64,000 nt of DNA from IMG/VR virus record IMGVR_UViG_3300025789_000028, positions 1-64,000 of that record; one strand, written 5' to 3'. The stretch is from a virus. The notes under the pieces are model-generated. The model ran no database searches, was not told the origin of the DNA, and saw nothing but the letters and a program-made list of their open reading frames with translations. Positions 1 through 8,522 of this stretch are shown piece after piece. Made by a program: the position numbers and the translations under genes. The stretch's first letter is position 1. The number at the start of each line of letters is the position of its first letter.

Positions 1-2
1 AT

Positions 3-119
3 TGGTATGCCGCAATGTGTAGAAAATTTGGTAAAGAAAAAGTGGATGAATGTTATTCTGCTGAAGATTGTTTACAAGATTGGATAGTTGTTCATTGGGC
101 TTGGGAAAGTAAAGAATGA
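3..119 (+). CDS. partial hypothetical protein (C-terminus)
   Basis: Open frame from window edge ending ...DWIVVHWAWESKE*, ATGA overlap with next gene. Confidence 0.6.
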   Translation, partial: WYAAMCRKFGKEKVDECYSAEDCLQDWIVVHWAWESKE

Positions 120-385
120 ACGAACGATTAAAACAACTTGCTATCGAGTCTAAATTGATTGCTCCAGAATATAATGGTTTTGACCATACACGCTTGTCAA
201 TATCACAACAAAGGTTCGCCGAGTTGATTGTAGGGGAATGTATCAACCGTGAAGAATTGCTGGGTGCTATTGCTCGTGGTTGGTGTAGTGAAAAGAACAG
301 TCATAAAGAAATGGATTCAGATTTGGCTCTTGCTATTTTTGATGAAGTTGAACAACATATTCGGCAACAGTTTGGAATCAAATGA
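116..385 (+). CDS. MNERI..FAELIV..FG family small protein
   Basis: Shares MNERLKQLA / RFAELIVGEC / QQFGIK blocks with 4 paralogues in window. Confidence 0.8.
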   Translation: MNERLKQLAIESKLIAPEYNGFDHTRLSISQQRFAELIVGECINREELLGAIARGWCSEKNSHKEMDSDLALAIFDEVEQHIRQQFGIK

Positions 386-621
386 GAGTAGAGTTTCATC
401 AAGGTGTGCCCGAAGGCTGTACCGAATGGTTAAACAAACATGTGGGCAAGGGTAATATAACTGGCTTTGTTGATGATGACGATTATGCTTGGTTCTACGA
501 GAGAATAGAACAGGTAATACCAAGTACTGATCCTTCTATGGATTCTAATGTTCGATGTATACCCACTATCACAGTCAAAGATCCAAAGTTGGCTATGTTA
601 TTTGTGTTACGATGGAGTTGA
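382..621 (+). CDS. hypothetical phage protein (C-terminal F-x-LRWS)
   Basis: ATGA-coupled ORF. Confidence 0.75.
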   Translation: MRVEFHQGVPEGCTEWLNKHVGKGNITGFVDDDDYAWFYERIEQVIPSTDPSMDSNVRCIPTITVKDPKLAMLFVLRWS

Positions 622-624
622 AGA

Positions 625-849
625 ATGAACGAACGAATTAAGGAACTTGCTGTTGAGGCTGAATTTTCTGAAAAAGACCTACACATTCAAGGTGATAATT
701 TTCAAAAGTTTGCCGAGTTGATTGTCAAGGAATGTGCTCAAGCGTTTGAAGCAGAAGTAGATACTTGGAAAGAAATGGTGCCATATCAAGGCAGTATGAA
801 ACGCAAGGGCACACAAGCGATTAAACAACATTTCGGAGTTGGAGAATGA
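625..849 (+). CDS. MNERI family small protein
   Basis: MNERIKELA, KFAELIVKEC, KQHFGVGE. Confidence 0.8.
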   Translation: MNERIKELAVEAEFSEKDLHIQGDNFQKFAELIVKECAQAFEAEVDTWKEMVPYQGSMKRKGTQAIKQHFGVGE

Positions 850-1082
850 ACAAAGATATTACACTTACTGGATTGACTGCAAAGCAAGTAATTTTGTTAA
901 ATGAAATGTGGTCTAAGGACACACAAGAAGAGTTTGATGAATGGAAAGAGTCATTGTCTTTGGCTAGTCTTAAACAAGTACTGTTACTAACCGAGTTGGT
1001 CAACTTAGAAATTCTTGACCAACAAGTAACAGATTATTCAGTGGCTAAAAAACTAATTGAGGATATAAATGCAAGAAAGTAA
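846..1082 (+). CDS. hypothetical protein
   Basis: Coupled ORF, GGAG upstream. Confidence 0.75.
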   Translation: MNKDITLTGLTAKQVILLNEMWSKDTQEEFDEWKESLSLASLKQVLLLTELVNLEILDQQVTDYSVAKKLIEDINARK

Positions 1083-1374
1083 ATTATTGTGCAAAGATTG
1101 TAATCACAGTCTTGTACCTTTGAGTGATAGGATTGCAAACACATTGTTTTTTACTCCTATTCCTAGGCATAGTTACAAATGCAAACTGTCATATAAAGAA
1201 AAATTAATCGAATATGATCCTGTACTTGGGGCTAAAAAGGTAGAGGCTCATTACGAAACATGTGGTGTATATAGGATACGAGAAAGTGACTGTGGACCTG
1301 AAGGCATTCACTGGACACCAAAGCATAAGAAAGATTTATTCTTAGCAATTACAAGAGGAAAAATTAATGAGTGA
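1069..1374 (+). CDS. Cys-rich hypothetical protein
   Basis: CKDC...C...C...CGPEG; GAGG RBS. Confidence 0.75.
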   Translation: MQESKLLCKDCNHSLVPLSDRIANTLFFTPIPRHSYKCKLSYKEKLIEYDPVLGAKKVEAHYETCGVYRIRESDCGPEGIHWTPKHKKDLFLAITRGKINE

Positions 1375-1822
1375 ACTAATAGCAAAGCCGGTGGTAAAGA
1401 ATCAGTTTTGGATCGTTACTGATGGCGAAAAGAAAGTTGGAAATGTAACTGCAAACAATCAGGGATATGGTGTGCAACTCAATGGCACATTTATTCAGTT
1501 TGATAACACAGATCAGATTAAAAAATCTACCAAGATCAAATTTCAACCTATTAAGTCAAACAACACTAAGGCTGAAATGCCTTATCCAGAGTATCCTACA
1601 ACATCTAAAGTATATAACTCGGTGTTTGATATTAAGCGTGGTTTACATCTATACACGAAGACTAAAAAGAGTAAATGCAATCATGTTGCAGGATGGTTTG
1701 TTATTGATCAAAACGGTGTCAAGCAAACAGTTTTTTGCCCTAAATACATTTTTATTCAACGATATGAGTATAAAGGTCCCTATAAAACTGAATCCGAAGC
1801 AAAAAGTGAGATAAATATCTAG
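1367..1822 (+). CDS. hypothetical protein
   Basis: GAGG RBS, operon continuity. Confidence 0.8.
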   Translation: MSELIAKPVVKNQFWIVTDGEKKVGNVTANNQGYGVQLNGTFIQFDNTDQIKKSTKIKFQPIKSNNTKAEMPYPEYPTTSKVYNSVFDIKRGLHLYTKTKKSKCNHVAGWFVIDQNGVKQTVFCPKYIFIQRYEYKGPYKTESEAKSEINI

Positions 1823-1827
1823 ATATT

Positions 1828-2037
1828 ATGATTCATATAAAGCGTTTTGTGGACAAAGTATCACTTATTGAAGCAAGGCAAGCAAAGGATGTTGTTTTGC
1901 CAATAAGTGAGGCTAGAGGTCTACGGGACGAAATTGCTAGTATGTTAGCAGATTTAAATTCGTTGAACAAAACAGATAAAGAAAATAAAACAAACGAGAT
2001 TATTGAGGTACAGATTAAAGGCGGATCTTTCAAATGA
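1828..2037 (+). CDS. hypothetical protein
   Basis: Follows ATAAATA box at 1811. Confidence 0.75.
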   Translation: MIHIKRFVDKVSLIEARQAKDVVLPISEARGLRDEIASMLADLNSLNKTDKENKTNEIIEVQIKGGSFK

Positions 2038-2339
2038 GTAGAACACAACCAAAAGTATTATTAGAGTATGTAGAAAAGAATACATACAAGTGCGACCAGA
2101 TTGTAGAAGCATCTGGCATTTGGGCTGTATTCTATGAGGGCCAGCCAATTAATCTAAAGTCTTCACATTACCTACACAACGATGCTGCTCCTAAATATAA
2201 AAAGACTAGTTTTAGTAATCCAGGTCATGCTAGAAACCTATGTCGTAAGTTGAATGCACAATTCAAATCAGACAAATTTACAGTAGTCTTTATGAATTCG
2301 GGACGCACAGTTTATCCCGATGACTTATCACAAAACTAA
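2034..2339 (+). CDS. conserved-looking hypothetical protein
   Basis: ATGA coupling; KYKKTSFSNPGHA motif. Confidence 0.8.
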   Translation: MSRTQPKVLLEYVEKNTYKCDQIVEASGIWAVFYEGQPINLKSSHYLHNDAAPKYKKTSFSNPGHARNLCRKLNAQFKSDKFTVVFMNSGRTVYPDDLSQN

Positions 2340-2727
2340 GTACGAAATAACTAACGCTATAATAAAAGAATTACCACATTCTCAATGGCATGAAATGCCC
2401 TTGGATGATGTGGTTTTCCGTTGGTGGGTCACTGGCAGAGGTGGAGAAGGATTGCGTTTATCTGATGAGGGTATGAATGCATTTTTGCAATCTAATATTG
2501 AATACTATGAATTTCCAATTGGTACTCTGTGGAATAAAAAGGATAAGTTTTTAAGACCTGAATTGATCACACATGAACTATCTAAGAAAATTAAGTGCCC
2601 GTTTTATTTGGGTGTAAATAAAAGTGGGGACAACAAAGGCCCCTACGTTAAACTATTTGACAGTAAAATAGCAATGGTTGTAACATTATATGGTAACTTA
2701 AAAGAGTACTTAGATTCCGTAAGATAG
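2320..2727 (+). CDS. hypothetical protein
   Basis: Overlapping operon ORF. Confidence 0.75.
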   Translation: MTYHKTKYEITNAIIKELPHSQWHEMPLDDVVFRWWVTGRGGEGLRLSDEGMNAFLQSNIEYYEFPIGTLWNKKDKFLRPELITHELSKKIKCPFYLGVNKSGDNKGPYVKLFDSKIAMVVTLYGNLKEYLDSVR

Positions 2728-2736
2728 GAGAATATC

Positions 2737-2898
2737 ATGGACAAAAAAGAAAACAAACCAAACCCAATGGCAGAAATTTTAGCAAAGAAAAAAGCTAAAC
2801 AAGTATTTCAAGTTAAACAAGCAGGTGGAAAACCCGTACCCAAATCAGGTAAAGGTTTTGGTGGTGCAATGATTCGCAGAACTGGGCGAGGTGGTTGA
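2737..2898 (+). CDS. 53-aa basic microprotein (not in ORF track)
   Basis: AGGAG RBS; MDKKENKPNPMAEILAKKK...MIRRTGRGG. Confidence 0.7.
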   Translation: MDKKENKPNPMAEILAKKKAKQVFQVKQAGGKPVPKSGKGFGGAMIRRTGRGG

Positions 2899-2904
2899 AA
2901 TTCT

Positions 2905-2938
2905 TGTCAACAGGAATACAGTCTGAGGCGTTGTATAT
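2905..2938 (+). promoter_or_regulatory. ECF-sigma-like promoter motif, copy 1
   Basis: TGTCAACAGGAATacagTCTGAGGCGTTgTATAT; 29/34 identical to 63778-63811 (minus). Confidence 0.5.
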
Positions 2939-2980
2939 ATAACAGAACTTAATTTCTGTTATAACTTAAAGGAAACTGAT

Positions 2981-3172
2981 ATGAAAACTCTAGCAACATT
3001 GATCGCAACATTGGTAACTGTAACTGCATTTGCCGCAGAAACTGTACCCGCTCCTGCTCCAGCACAACAAGAAATGAAATTGGCTAAGAAGGTGGATCAC
3101 ACCAAAAGCCAGCCTGCTAAAAGCAAGGCCCCTAGCAAAGATACCAAGAAAGCCGAAGCTACTAAGAAGTAA
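2981..3172 (+). CDS. small secreted Lys/Ala-rich protein (Asr-like composition)
   Basis: Signal peptide ending AFA; basic tail; AAGGA RBS. Confidence 0.75.
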   Translation: MKTLATLIATLVTVTAFAAETVPAPAPAQQEMKLAKKVDHTKSQPAKSKAPSKDTKKAEATKK

Positions 3173-3371
3173 TCCATTAAGGTTATCATTACTTAACAAT
3201 GGTGATGAAACTGGTTTTGAATATGATGACGAAGCCATTATAGTAAGACGAGAAAAAATCACCGTTGTTAAAGATAACATTGATGAAATTGAAGTAAGTG
3301 AACATGCTAAATTTAGATTGTTTTTAGCAAGAACACTGGCAATGAAAAAGTATCAGGAGAAATGGGCTTAA
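3078..3371 (+). CDS. start-less +1-frame ORF overlapping the secreted-protein gene
   Basis: 97 sense codons ending KFRLFLARTLAMKKYQEKWA*, immediately followed by terminator. Confidence 0.5.
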   Translation, partial: NWLRRWITPKASLLKARPLAKIPRKPKLLRSNPLRLSLLNNGDETGFEYDDEAIIVRREKITVVKDNIDEIEVSEHAKFRLFLARTLAMKKYQEKWA

Positions 3372-3388
3372 TGCCCATTTTTCTTTTG
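3360..3388 (+). terminator. intrinsic terminator
   Basis: AAATGGGC-TTAAT-GCCCATTT then T-rich run. Confidence 0.75.
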
Positions 3389-3463
3389 TCTATGCAATTG
3401 ACATGGACTAAATATTAATGTAGAATAGTTCTACACACAACATATACACACAGAGGAAAAATT

Positions 3464-3736
3464 ATGTTTAACACTTTCGCACATACCGGCGTAGACGCCA
3501 TTCAAACCGCTAAGAAACAAATCGTTGAAACTCTTAGTCCAAACGAGCAAGTAAAAAAAATCGCAACAGATTTTGTTGATGCTCAAACCCAATATACTAA
3601 ATCTGCTATCGATGCTGGATTCAAAGCAATGACAAGCATTGGTGAGTTGGTAACAGACCGTACACCATATGTTAAGTTGATGGAACAAATTCAATCATTT
3701 TTCCCAACAGCAAGTTCAACTAAAAAAGCCAAGTAA
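3464..3736 (+). CDS. phasin-like amphipathic helical protein
   Basis: Size and helical pattern (FVDAQTQYTK) recall PHA-granule phasins; GAGG RBS. Confidence 0.45.
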   Translation: MFNTFAHTGVDAIQTAKKQIVETLSPNEQVKKIATDFVDAQTQYTKSAIDAGFKAMTSIGELVTDRTPYVKLMEQIQSFFPTASSTKKAK

Positions 3737-3738
3737 TC

Positions 3739-3927
3739 ATGTCTAGTATAGTAGCTACCATACTTACAATTGCAGGGTTCGGTACATTTTTTGGTTTGAT
3801 TGCCATGTTTACTGATAAGCGTGAATCAAAACTTGAAAGATATATCAATAGTCGTAATCCAATCAACAATGTTGATGTGGATACATTCACAAGAGAATTT
3901 GAACTAAAGCACAGCCGTTTGCCATGA
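3739..3927 (+). CDS. small membrane-anchored protein (DUF3563-like C-terminus)
   Basis: N-terminal TM; LERYINSRNP..DVD...REF. Confidence 0.5.
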   Translation: MSSIVATILTIAGFGTFFGLIAMFTDKRESKLERYINSRNPINNVDVDTFTREFELKHSRLP

Positions 3928-4511
3928 TGCAAGTCCACCACACCAATATATACAAGATTGGTGATTATAGTCGTCATTTGAAGGCACTAGAACCTGAGGA
4001 TAAACTCTCACGTTTTGGTTACCCTGCAAATGACCACTCTATTGATCAACTTATACTTAATATGTGCTATCATCCCAAAGACCATGAACTATGGTATGCA
4101 CGTGATGATGGTGAGCGTGTGGGATGGGGACACATGGCAAGAAATAGTGATGATTCTTGGGAACTGGCAGTGTCAGTTAACAAAGACTATCAACGTCAAG
4201 GCATCGGTAACAAATTAATTAGTGAAATGCTTGCATGGGCCAAGTTTCATAAAATCAATGAAGTGTATATGCATTGCATTGAGGATAACAAAGTTATCCA
4301 ACATTTGGCTGGCAAGAATGAACTTAAAACAAGAAGTCGAGGAGATGGTGAGCGTACTGCATCTATTGAAGTACCAGAACCTAGTTTCTTTGAAGTCAAT
4401 ACACAGTTGCTAAAAGAACAAAACGAGATATTAAACCAAATCAACATTTTGCGTAAGAAATTAACCAAACTATGGTTAAATCCAATACATCAATATGTTG
4501 ACAATGATTAA
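3924..4511 (+). CDS. GNAT acetyltransferase
   Basis: ELAVSV..YQRQGIG acetyl-CoA motif A; N..(I)..LA motif B. Confidence 0.85.
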   Translation: MMQVHHTNIYKIGDYSRHLKALEPEDKLSRFGYPANDHSIDQLILNMCYHPKDHELWYARDDGERVGWGHMARNSDDSWELAVSVNKDYQRQGIGNKLISEMLAWAKFHKINEVYMHCIEDNKVIQHLAGKNELKTRSRGDGERTASIEVPEPSFFEVNTQLLKEQNEILNQINILRKKLTKLWLNPIHQYVDND

Positions 4512-4544
4512 AAAACATAATACAATACACACAGGAGAACACAC

Positions 4545-4811
4545 ATGACATTTGAAACACCTAAACTACCCGAAGTAAAATTCAATAAAAACGGCTACGA
4601 AATTCGTAGTGATGTACTTGCAATGGCAAAAGACATTGTTATGCAAGAGTATCAAGTAAAATTTGCAGGATGGGAATTGACTGCCAAAAAAGACGAAAAG
4701 ACAGGGCAACTTGTTAATTCAATAGCAGTTCCAGAGTTTCCGGGACTAGACAAGATCCTAGAAACAGCAGAAAAAATGTATGGTTTTGTGAATCAAAGCA
4801 CTAAAAAATAA
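4545..4811 (+). CDS. hypothetical protein
   Basis: AGGAG RBS; NGYEIR..VL.MAK. Confidence 0.8.
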   Translation: MTFETPKLPEVKFNKNGYEIRSDVLAMAKDIVMQEYQVKFAGWELTAKKDEKTGQLVNSIAVPEFPGLDKILETAEKMYGFVNQSTKK

Positions 4812-4814
4812 CAC

Positions 4815-4843
4815 TTGACAATAAATCCATAGTGTGTGATAAT
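4815..4843 (+). promoter_or_regulatory. early sigma70-type promoter
   Basis: TTGACA-17-GATAAT with ATAAAT spacer start. Confidence 0.65.
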
Positions 4844-4869
4844 AATAACATCACAACTATGGATTTGCC

Positions 4870-6246
4870 ATGCGTACACTACTTTCATTAATTCTTGTTT
4901 CATTCTTAGTTGCCTGCGGTGGAGGGGGAGGTTCGTCTCCTGTCAATCCCACCCCAACTCCCACTCCGGTCCCAACTTGCACAGTTGACTACACGGCAAC
5001 GTATCCAAGTTCATATTTGGGTACTCACACAATGCCCACAGCAAGTGGTGTACTTCCCAGCATTTGGCAAAAGGGTATTGGCTTCAAAGACTATAGCCCA
5101 TATTGGATTTACGGTAATGCATTGAATAAAACGGCAATACACAATTGCACTGCCGATCAATATGCGCAGTTAATGTATACCCAAGCATTGGATAAACTTC
5201 AACAAGACGGTGTTACATTTACGTGGCTTTATAATTCCGGTCCTTGGGATGATGCTAGTGCATCTAATCTAACTATTAGTCCTGCTAATTATAATATTCC
5301 CGAATACATGGTTCAGTTTGTTGTAACTGAGGCAAAGAAACGAAATATTGACATTTATTATATTTGGCAACTTTGGCCCAATGACGTAAATGGTAACACA
5401 GTTGCCGCCTTAGAAAGTGCTCCTGATAATGCAACCATCACACGTATTATGCATGGTTGGGATACTCAAGCAATTGAAATGGCTAAATTTGCACAGACCT
5501 CAGGCATCAAGGGTATGATGGTTGATTGGAATGCATATGGGCTTAGTAATTTGGCTGATCCTATTATTCATGAGACATATGTAACCAATTTAAGTGCAAC
5601 TATTGACCATGTAAAGGCAAATTTTTCTGGTAAATTGTTTTATAGTCAAGGTGGTCGACCATGGAGTGATCCACGAATCGTAGACAAAGTTGATGCTATT
5701 GTTTTTAGTTTCATGAGTCCACACATGAATCAAGCTGACAATGCAAATCTGTCACCAGAACTTATTCAAAATTACATGAATATTCAACTAAATAATTTTT
5801 ATAGTTCATATCATTGTTTGGGTGCTAATACTGGTTCAATTACATGTGGTCCCAACGGTCCTTCAACCAAGCAAGTACCTATGTTATTTGACCTTGCAGT
5901 TCAATCTAACAGTTTGTATTGGTTAGAAGGCTGGCATGAGGATGGGTTCTGTGATTCTGTTGGTCCCAATGTCGTTACTAGTTTGTTGAGTGCAGATTCA
6001 ACACCACAAACATGTGTTGCATTGAATTGGTCTCCTGATTTTTCTAGTCAAGCAATTGGTGTTGAAGGCATTATGAGAACAATTTCTCAACAAACATTGT
6101 TTACTGTATATGGAGTTGGTCTGAGTTGCAGTTATTGGTTGAGTGACACACTTGTTCCAAGTGCACAGGGTTTTTCAGATTTAAGTGAAAGTATTCGTGG
6201 CAAGCCTGCAGAAGGTATTATTAAACATTGGTTTACAGGAAATTGA
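4870..6246 (+). CDS. lipoprotein with putative glycoside-hydrolase-like TIM barrel
   Basis: Lipobox LVA/C+GGGGG, PT linker; alpha/beta barrel pattern resembling GH113/GH5 (NFSGKLFY, IRGKPAE). Confidence 0.55.
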   Translation: MRTLLSLILVSFLVACGGGGGSSPVNPTPTPTPVPTCTVDYTATYPSSYLGTHTMPTASGVLPSIWQKGIGFKDYSPYWIYGNALNKTAIHNCTADQYAQLMYTQALDKLQQDGVTFTWLYNSGPWDDASASNLTISPANYNIPEYMVQFVVTEAKKRNIDIYYIWQLWPNDVNGNTVAALESAPDNATITRIMHGWDTQAIEMAKFAQTSGIKGMMVDWNAYGLSNLADPIIHETYVTNLSATIDHVKANFSGKLFYSQGGRPWSDPRIVDKVDAIVFSFMSPHMNQADNANLSPELIQNYMNIQLNNFYSSYHCLGANTGSITCGPNGPSTKQVPMLFDLAVQSNSLYWLEGWHEDGFCDSVGPNVVTSLLSADSTPQTCVALNWSPDFSSQAIGVEGIMRTISQQTLFTVYGVGLSCSYWLSDTLVPSAQGFSDLSESIRGKPAEGIIKHWFTGN

Positions 6247-6247
6247 T

Positions 6248-6448
6248 ATGCGTAAAGGTGAAATGATTTTAATTAAAAGTGAGTCGGGTAAAGGTATTGA
6301 TTGCCCAATCATTGACGTAGAAGGCGATAAGATTTGGGTTAGATTCCCAACATCACAGGTAATAGAAATGACCTACAATTCTAAATCTAAAGTTTACGTA
6401 GGTAAATTAGCTAGGATCGAGTTTACGGCAAAACCAAATGACAGTTAA
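6248..6448 (+). CDS. hypothetical protein
   Basis: ATG after AGGA; beta-rich. Confidence 0.7.
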   Translation: MRKGEMILIKSESGKGIDCPIIDVEGDKIWVRFPTSQVIEMTYNSKSKVYVGKLARIEFTAKPNDS

Positions 6449-6461
6449 ATAGGAGAAAGGA

Positions 6462-6611
6462 ATGTATTTTTTTAGAAGTGAGGTACTAGAGTTAGCACGT
6501 GAAGGATATAACCCATATAGCATTGCATGTATGTTAAGTATGCCAATTGATGATGTTTTCAAAATTCTCAATGAAGAATTTTCTGATGAAGACTATGAGG
6601 AGTTAGCATGA
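6462..6611 (+). CDS. 49-aa HTH-like microprotein (not in ORF track)
   Basis: AGGAG RBS; VLELAREGYNPYSIACMLSMPIDDV. Confidence 0.65.
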   Translation: MYFFRSEVLELAREGYNPYSIACMLSMPIDDVFKILNEEFSDEDYEELA

Positions 6612-6823
6612 AAGTTGAAAGTTCTTTTTACAATTTGCAATTACAGCAACAAATATTGCATTGCAATAAAGTTTTTCAGGAACGTCTAGTAAATGACAGA
6701 GAAGGTGCTCAACGAGTTTTCCAAGATCAACAAGTTGAACAAATTCAATATGAGACTAGAATGCATTATAGTAGCGACAGTATCAAAGGCACCAAAGGCA
6801 CCAAAGTGGATGTAACAGTATGA
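6608..6823 (+). CDS. hypothetical protein
   Basis: GAGGAG RBS, ATGA coupling. Confidence 0.65.
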   Translation: MKVESSFYNLQLQQQILHCNKVFQERLVNDREGAQRVFQDQQVEQIQYETRMHYSSDSIKGTKGTKVDVTV

Positions 6824-6996
6824 ACAACAATGAACTAAATACACTTATTACTCAAATTAATAATGCAGTTGAACGTATTAGCAATAATGCTACGCCTGAG
6901 GAAATTAGTAAAACGCTTAAGACAGTAGCGGCATTATGTACCCATCAGGCCAAAAAAGTTGATCGATATATCGAAGATACAAAGGAAGAAGATTAA
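6820..6996 (+). CDS. 58-aa helical hypothetical protein
   Basis: Fills gap, ATGA coupling. Confidence 0.6.
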   Translation: MNNNELNTLITQINNAVERISNNATPEEISKTLKTVAALCTHQAKKVDRYIEDTKEED

Positions 6997-7581
6997 ATGG
7001 CAGCAATTTATAACATTTTAGCACGATCAGGGTCTAATGGGGAATTAATTCAAAAATTATTTTGGGAGTTTGGATTAAGTTGTGAATATAACATTCAACC
7101 AAATATTCCTAAAATTAAAAATGCGGTGGTAGTTACATATGGATATGATTTATTACCATATGTTATGACTAGTCATTTACTTGAAGTCGTAGGTGATGCA
7201 TATGCAGAAGGTAATAAAGAAGTATGGGACCAATTTAAAGAGCATTATAGTGGATCGGGTATATATGATAATCCAAACGATATCACACCAGAACATTGGG
7301 CTGAACATGTTAAAAATAGCATGAATTTTATAATTAGTAATTTTAATCTATTCAACGGTAATGCTGACAGCGTATTAGAATTAATAGAGGGTTACACTGG
7401 TCCCAAATATAATATTAAATTAGAAGATATATTAAATAATCCAGAATCCGTGTTAAAACAAATATCTGAGATTACTGATGAACCAATTCCAGACGGCGTA
7501 TTGGATTATTACAAAAAAGAACTGGAAACCCAACAACTTAGACTTGCTCCCTATCTAGAGGCCTATCAAAAAATTAGTTGA
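6997..7581 (+). CDS. sulfotransferase-fold-like protein
   Basis: N-terminal ARSGS (PRSG-like); C-terminal IKLEDILNNPESVLKQI. Confidence 0.45.
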   Translation: MAAIYNILARSGSNGELIQKLFWEFGLSCEYNIQPNIPKIKNAVVVTYGYDLLPYVMTSHLLEVVGDAYAEGNKEVWDQFKEHYSGSGIYDNPNDITPEHWAEHVKNSMNFIISNFNLFNGNADSVLELIEGYTGPKYNIKLEDILNNPESVLKQISEITDEPIPDGVLDYYKKELETQQLRLAPYLEAYQKIS

Positions 7582-7630
7582 CAATAAATGGGTTTGGCGA
7601 TATACTACATGTATTGATTGATTAAAGGAG
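7578..7630 (+). promoter_or_regulatory. early promoter+RBS cassette repeat
   Basis: TTGACAATAAATGGGTTTGGCGATATACT..GTATTGATTGATTAAAGGAG. Confidence 0.85.
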
Positions 7631-7636
7631 CGATAC

Positions 7637-7969
7637 ATGTTGACAGAAATTGAAACAAATCACAAACCCGCAGGTCAATTTGCTTGGTTCGCCGAGCGTG
7701 ATGCACGATTGCGTAGTGCAGTCAATAGTTCTCTTTACACCAATGAACAAAAAGTTCGTGCCGAACGTGTTAAGTTGGGTCTTGAATTGGTGTACAATGC
7801 TGAAAAAGTGTATGTTGAGTTTCGCAAAAAGTTCATTAGCGTTAAAGTCAACAAGCCCGTATTGAAGGACCGCAAGGGTCTTGCATTGTTAGAAATGACA
7901 TATAAAAACGAGGGTTTTGTGAAGTGCAAGACTTCACAGGGCTTTACATATCGGTTGTTCATGGCTTGA
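7637..7969 (+). CDS. early hypothetical protein
   Basis: Behind cassette; stop inside next TTGACA. Confidence 0.8.
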   Translation: MLTEIETNHKPAGQFAWFAERDARLRSAVNSSLYTNEQKVRAERVKLGLELVYNAEKVYVEFRKKFISVKVNKPVLKDRKGLALLEMTYKNEGFVKCKTSQGFTYRLFMA

Positions 7970-8016
7970 CAATAAATGGGTTTGGGTATATAATAGAATC
8001 TTAATCAGTTGAAAGG
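7966..8016 (+). promoter_or_regulatory. early promoter+RBS cassette repeat
   Basis: TTGACAATAAATGGGTTTGGGTATATAAT. Confidence 0.85.
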
Positions 8017-8022
8017 TATATT

Positions 8023-8232
8023 ATGTACGACATTGACAAATTTGTGAACACTAACAAAGCGAATGTAAGTTATGATGAAGAATCTGATGAGGTCCAGTGT
8101 GCTACTGAGTTTGAGAAACTAGTAAAGTTTGATGAAATCGATTCTAGCGCATACCCAGTGCTTGTTTATAAAATGAATGATAAAGTGGTAGCTTGGTACG
8201 ACATTGAAATGTTTATGGGCTATGCTCAATAA
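8023..8232 (+). CDS. early acidic hypothetical protein
   Basis: Behind cassette. Confidence 0.75.
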   Translation: MYDIDKFVNTNKANVSYDEESDEVQCATEFEKLVKFDEIDSSAYPVLVYKMNDKVVAWYDIEMFMGYAQ

Positions 8233-8233
8233 G

Positions 8234-8285
8234 TTGACAATAAATCGTTTTGGGCATATAATACTTGTATTGATTGATTAAAGGA
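8234..8285 (+). promoter_or_regulatory. early promoter+RBS cassette repeat
   Basis: TTGACAATAAATCGTTTTGGGCATATAATACTTGTATTGATTGATTAAAGGA. Confidence 0.85.
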
Positions 8286-8291
8286 ACAGAA

Positions 8292-8522
8292 ATGTTAAAC
8301 ATCAAAGCAGGCGATACGATTATGTACACTAGCGCAGCCGGCACACGCCCAGCAGTAGTAAACAGTATTACTATTGGTGCTACTGCAAAACCCAATCATT
8401 CTATTGCATGGTTGAATATTACTGTTCCCGCTGATATCAAACTTGGTCGCAGGTTTGATTCTAGTGTTAGCATCCCGGCTGATCCCAATTCACTGAAAAT
8501 GTTCAAGGTTACCAAAATTTGA
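8292..8522 (+). CDS. early hypothetical protein
   Basis: ATG 8292 after AAAGGA; stop in next -35 box. Confidence 0.75.
   Translation: MLNIKAGDTIMYTSAAGTRPAVVNSITIGATAKPNHSIAWLNITVPADIKLGRRFDSSVSIPADPNSLKMFKVTKI

Noticed and set aside
6785-6807. CAAAGGCAC tandem repeat
   Set aside because: About 2.5 copies inside a CDS (KGTKGTK); likely slippage.
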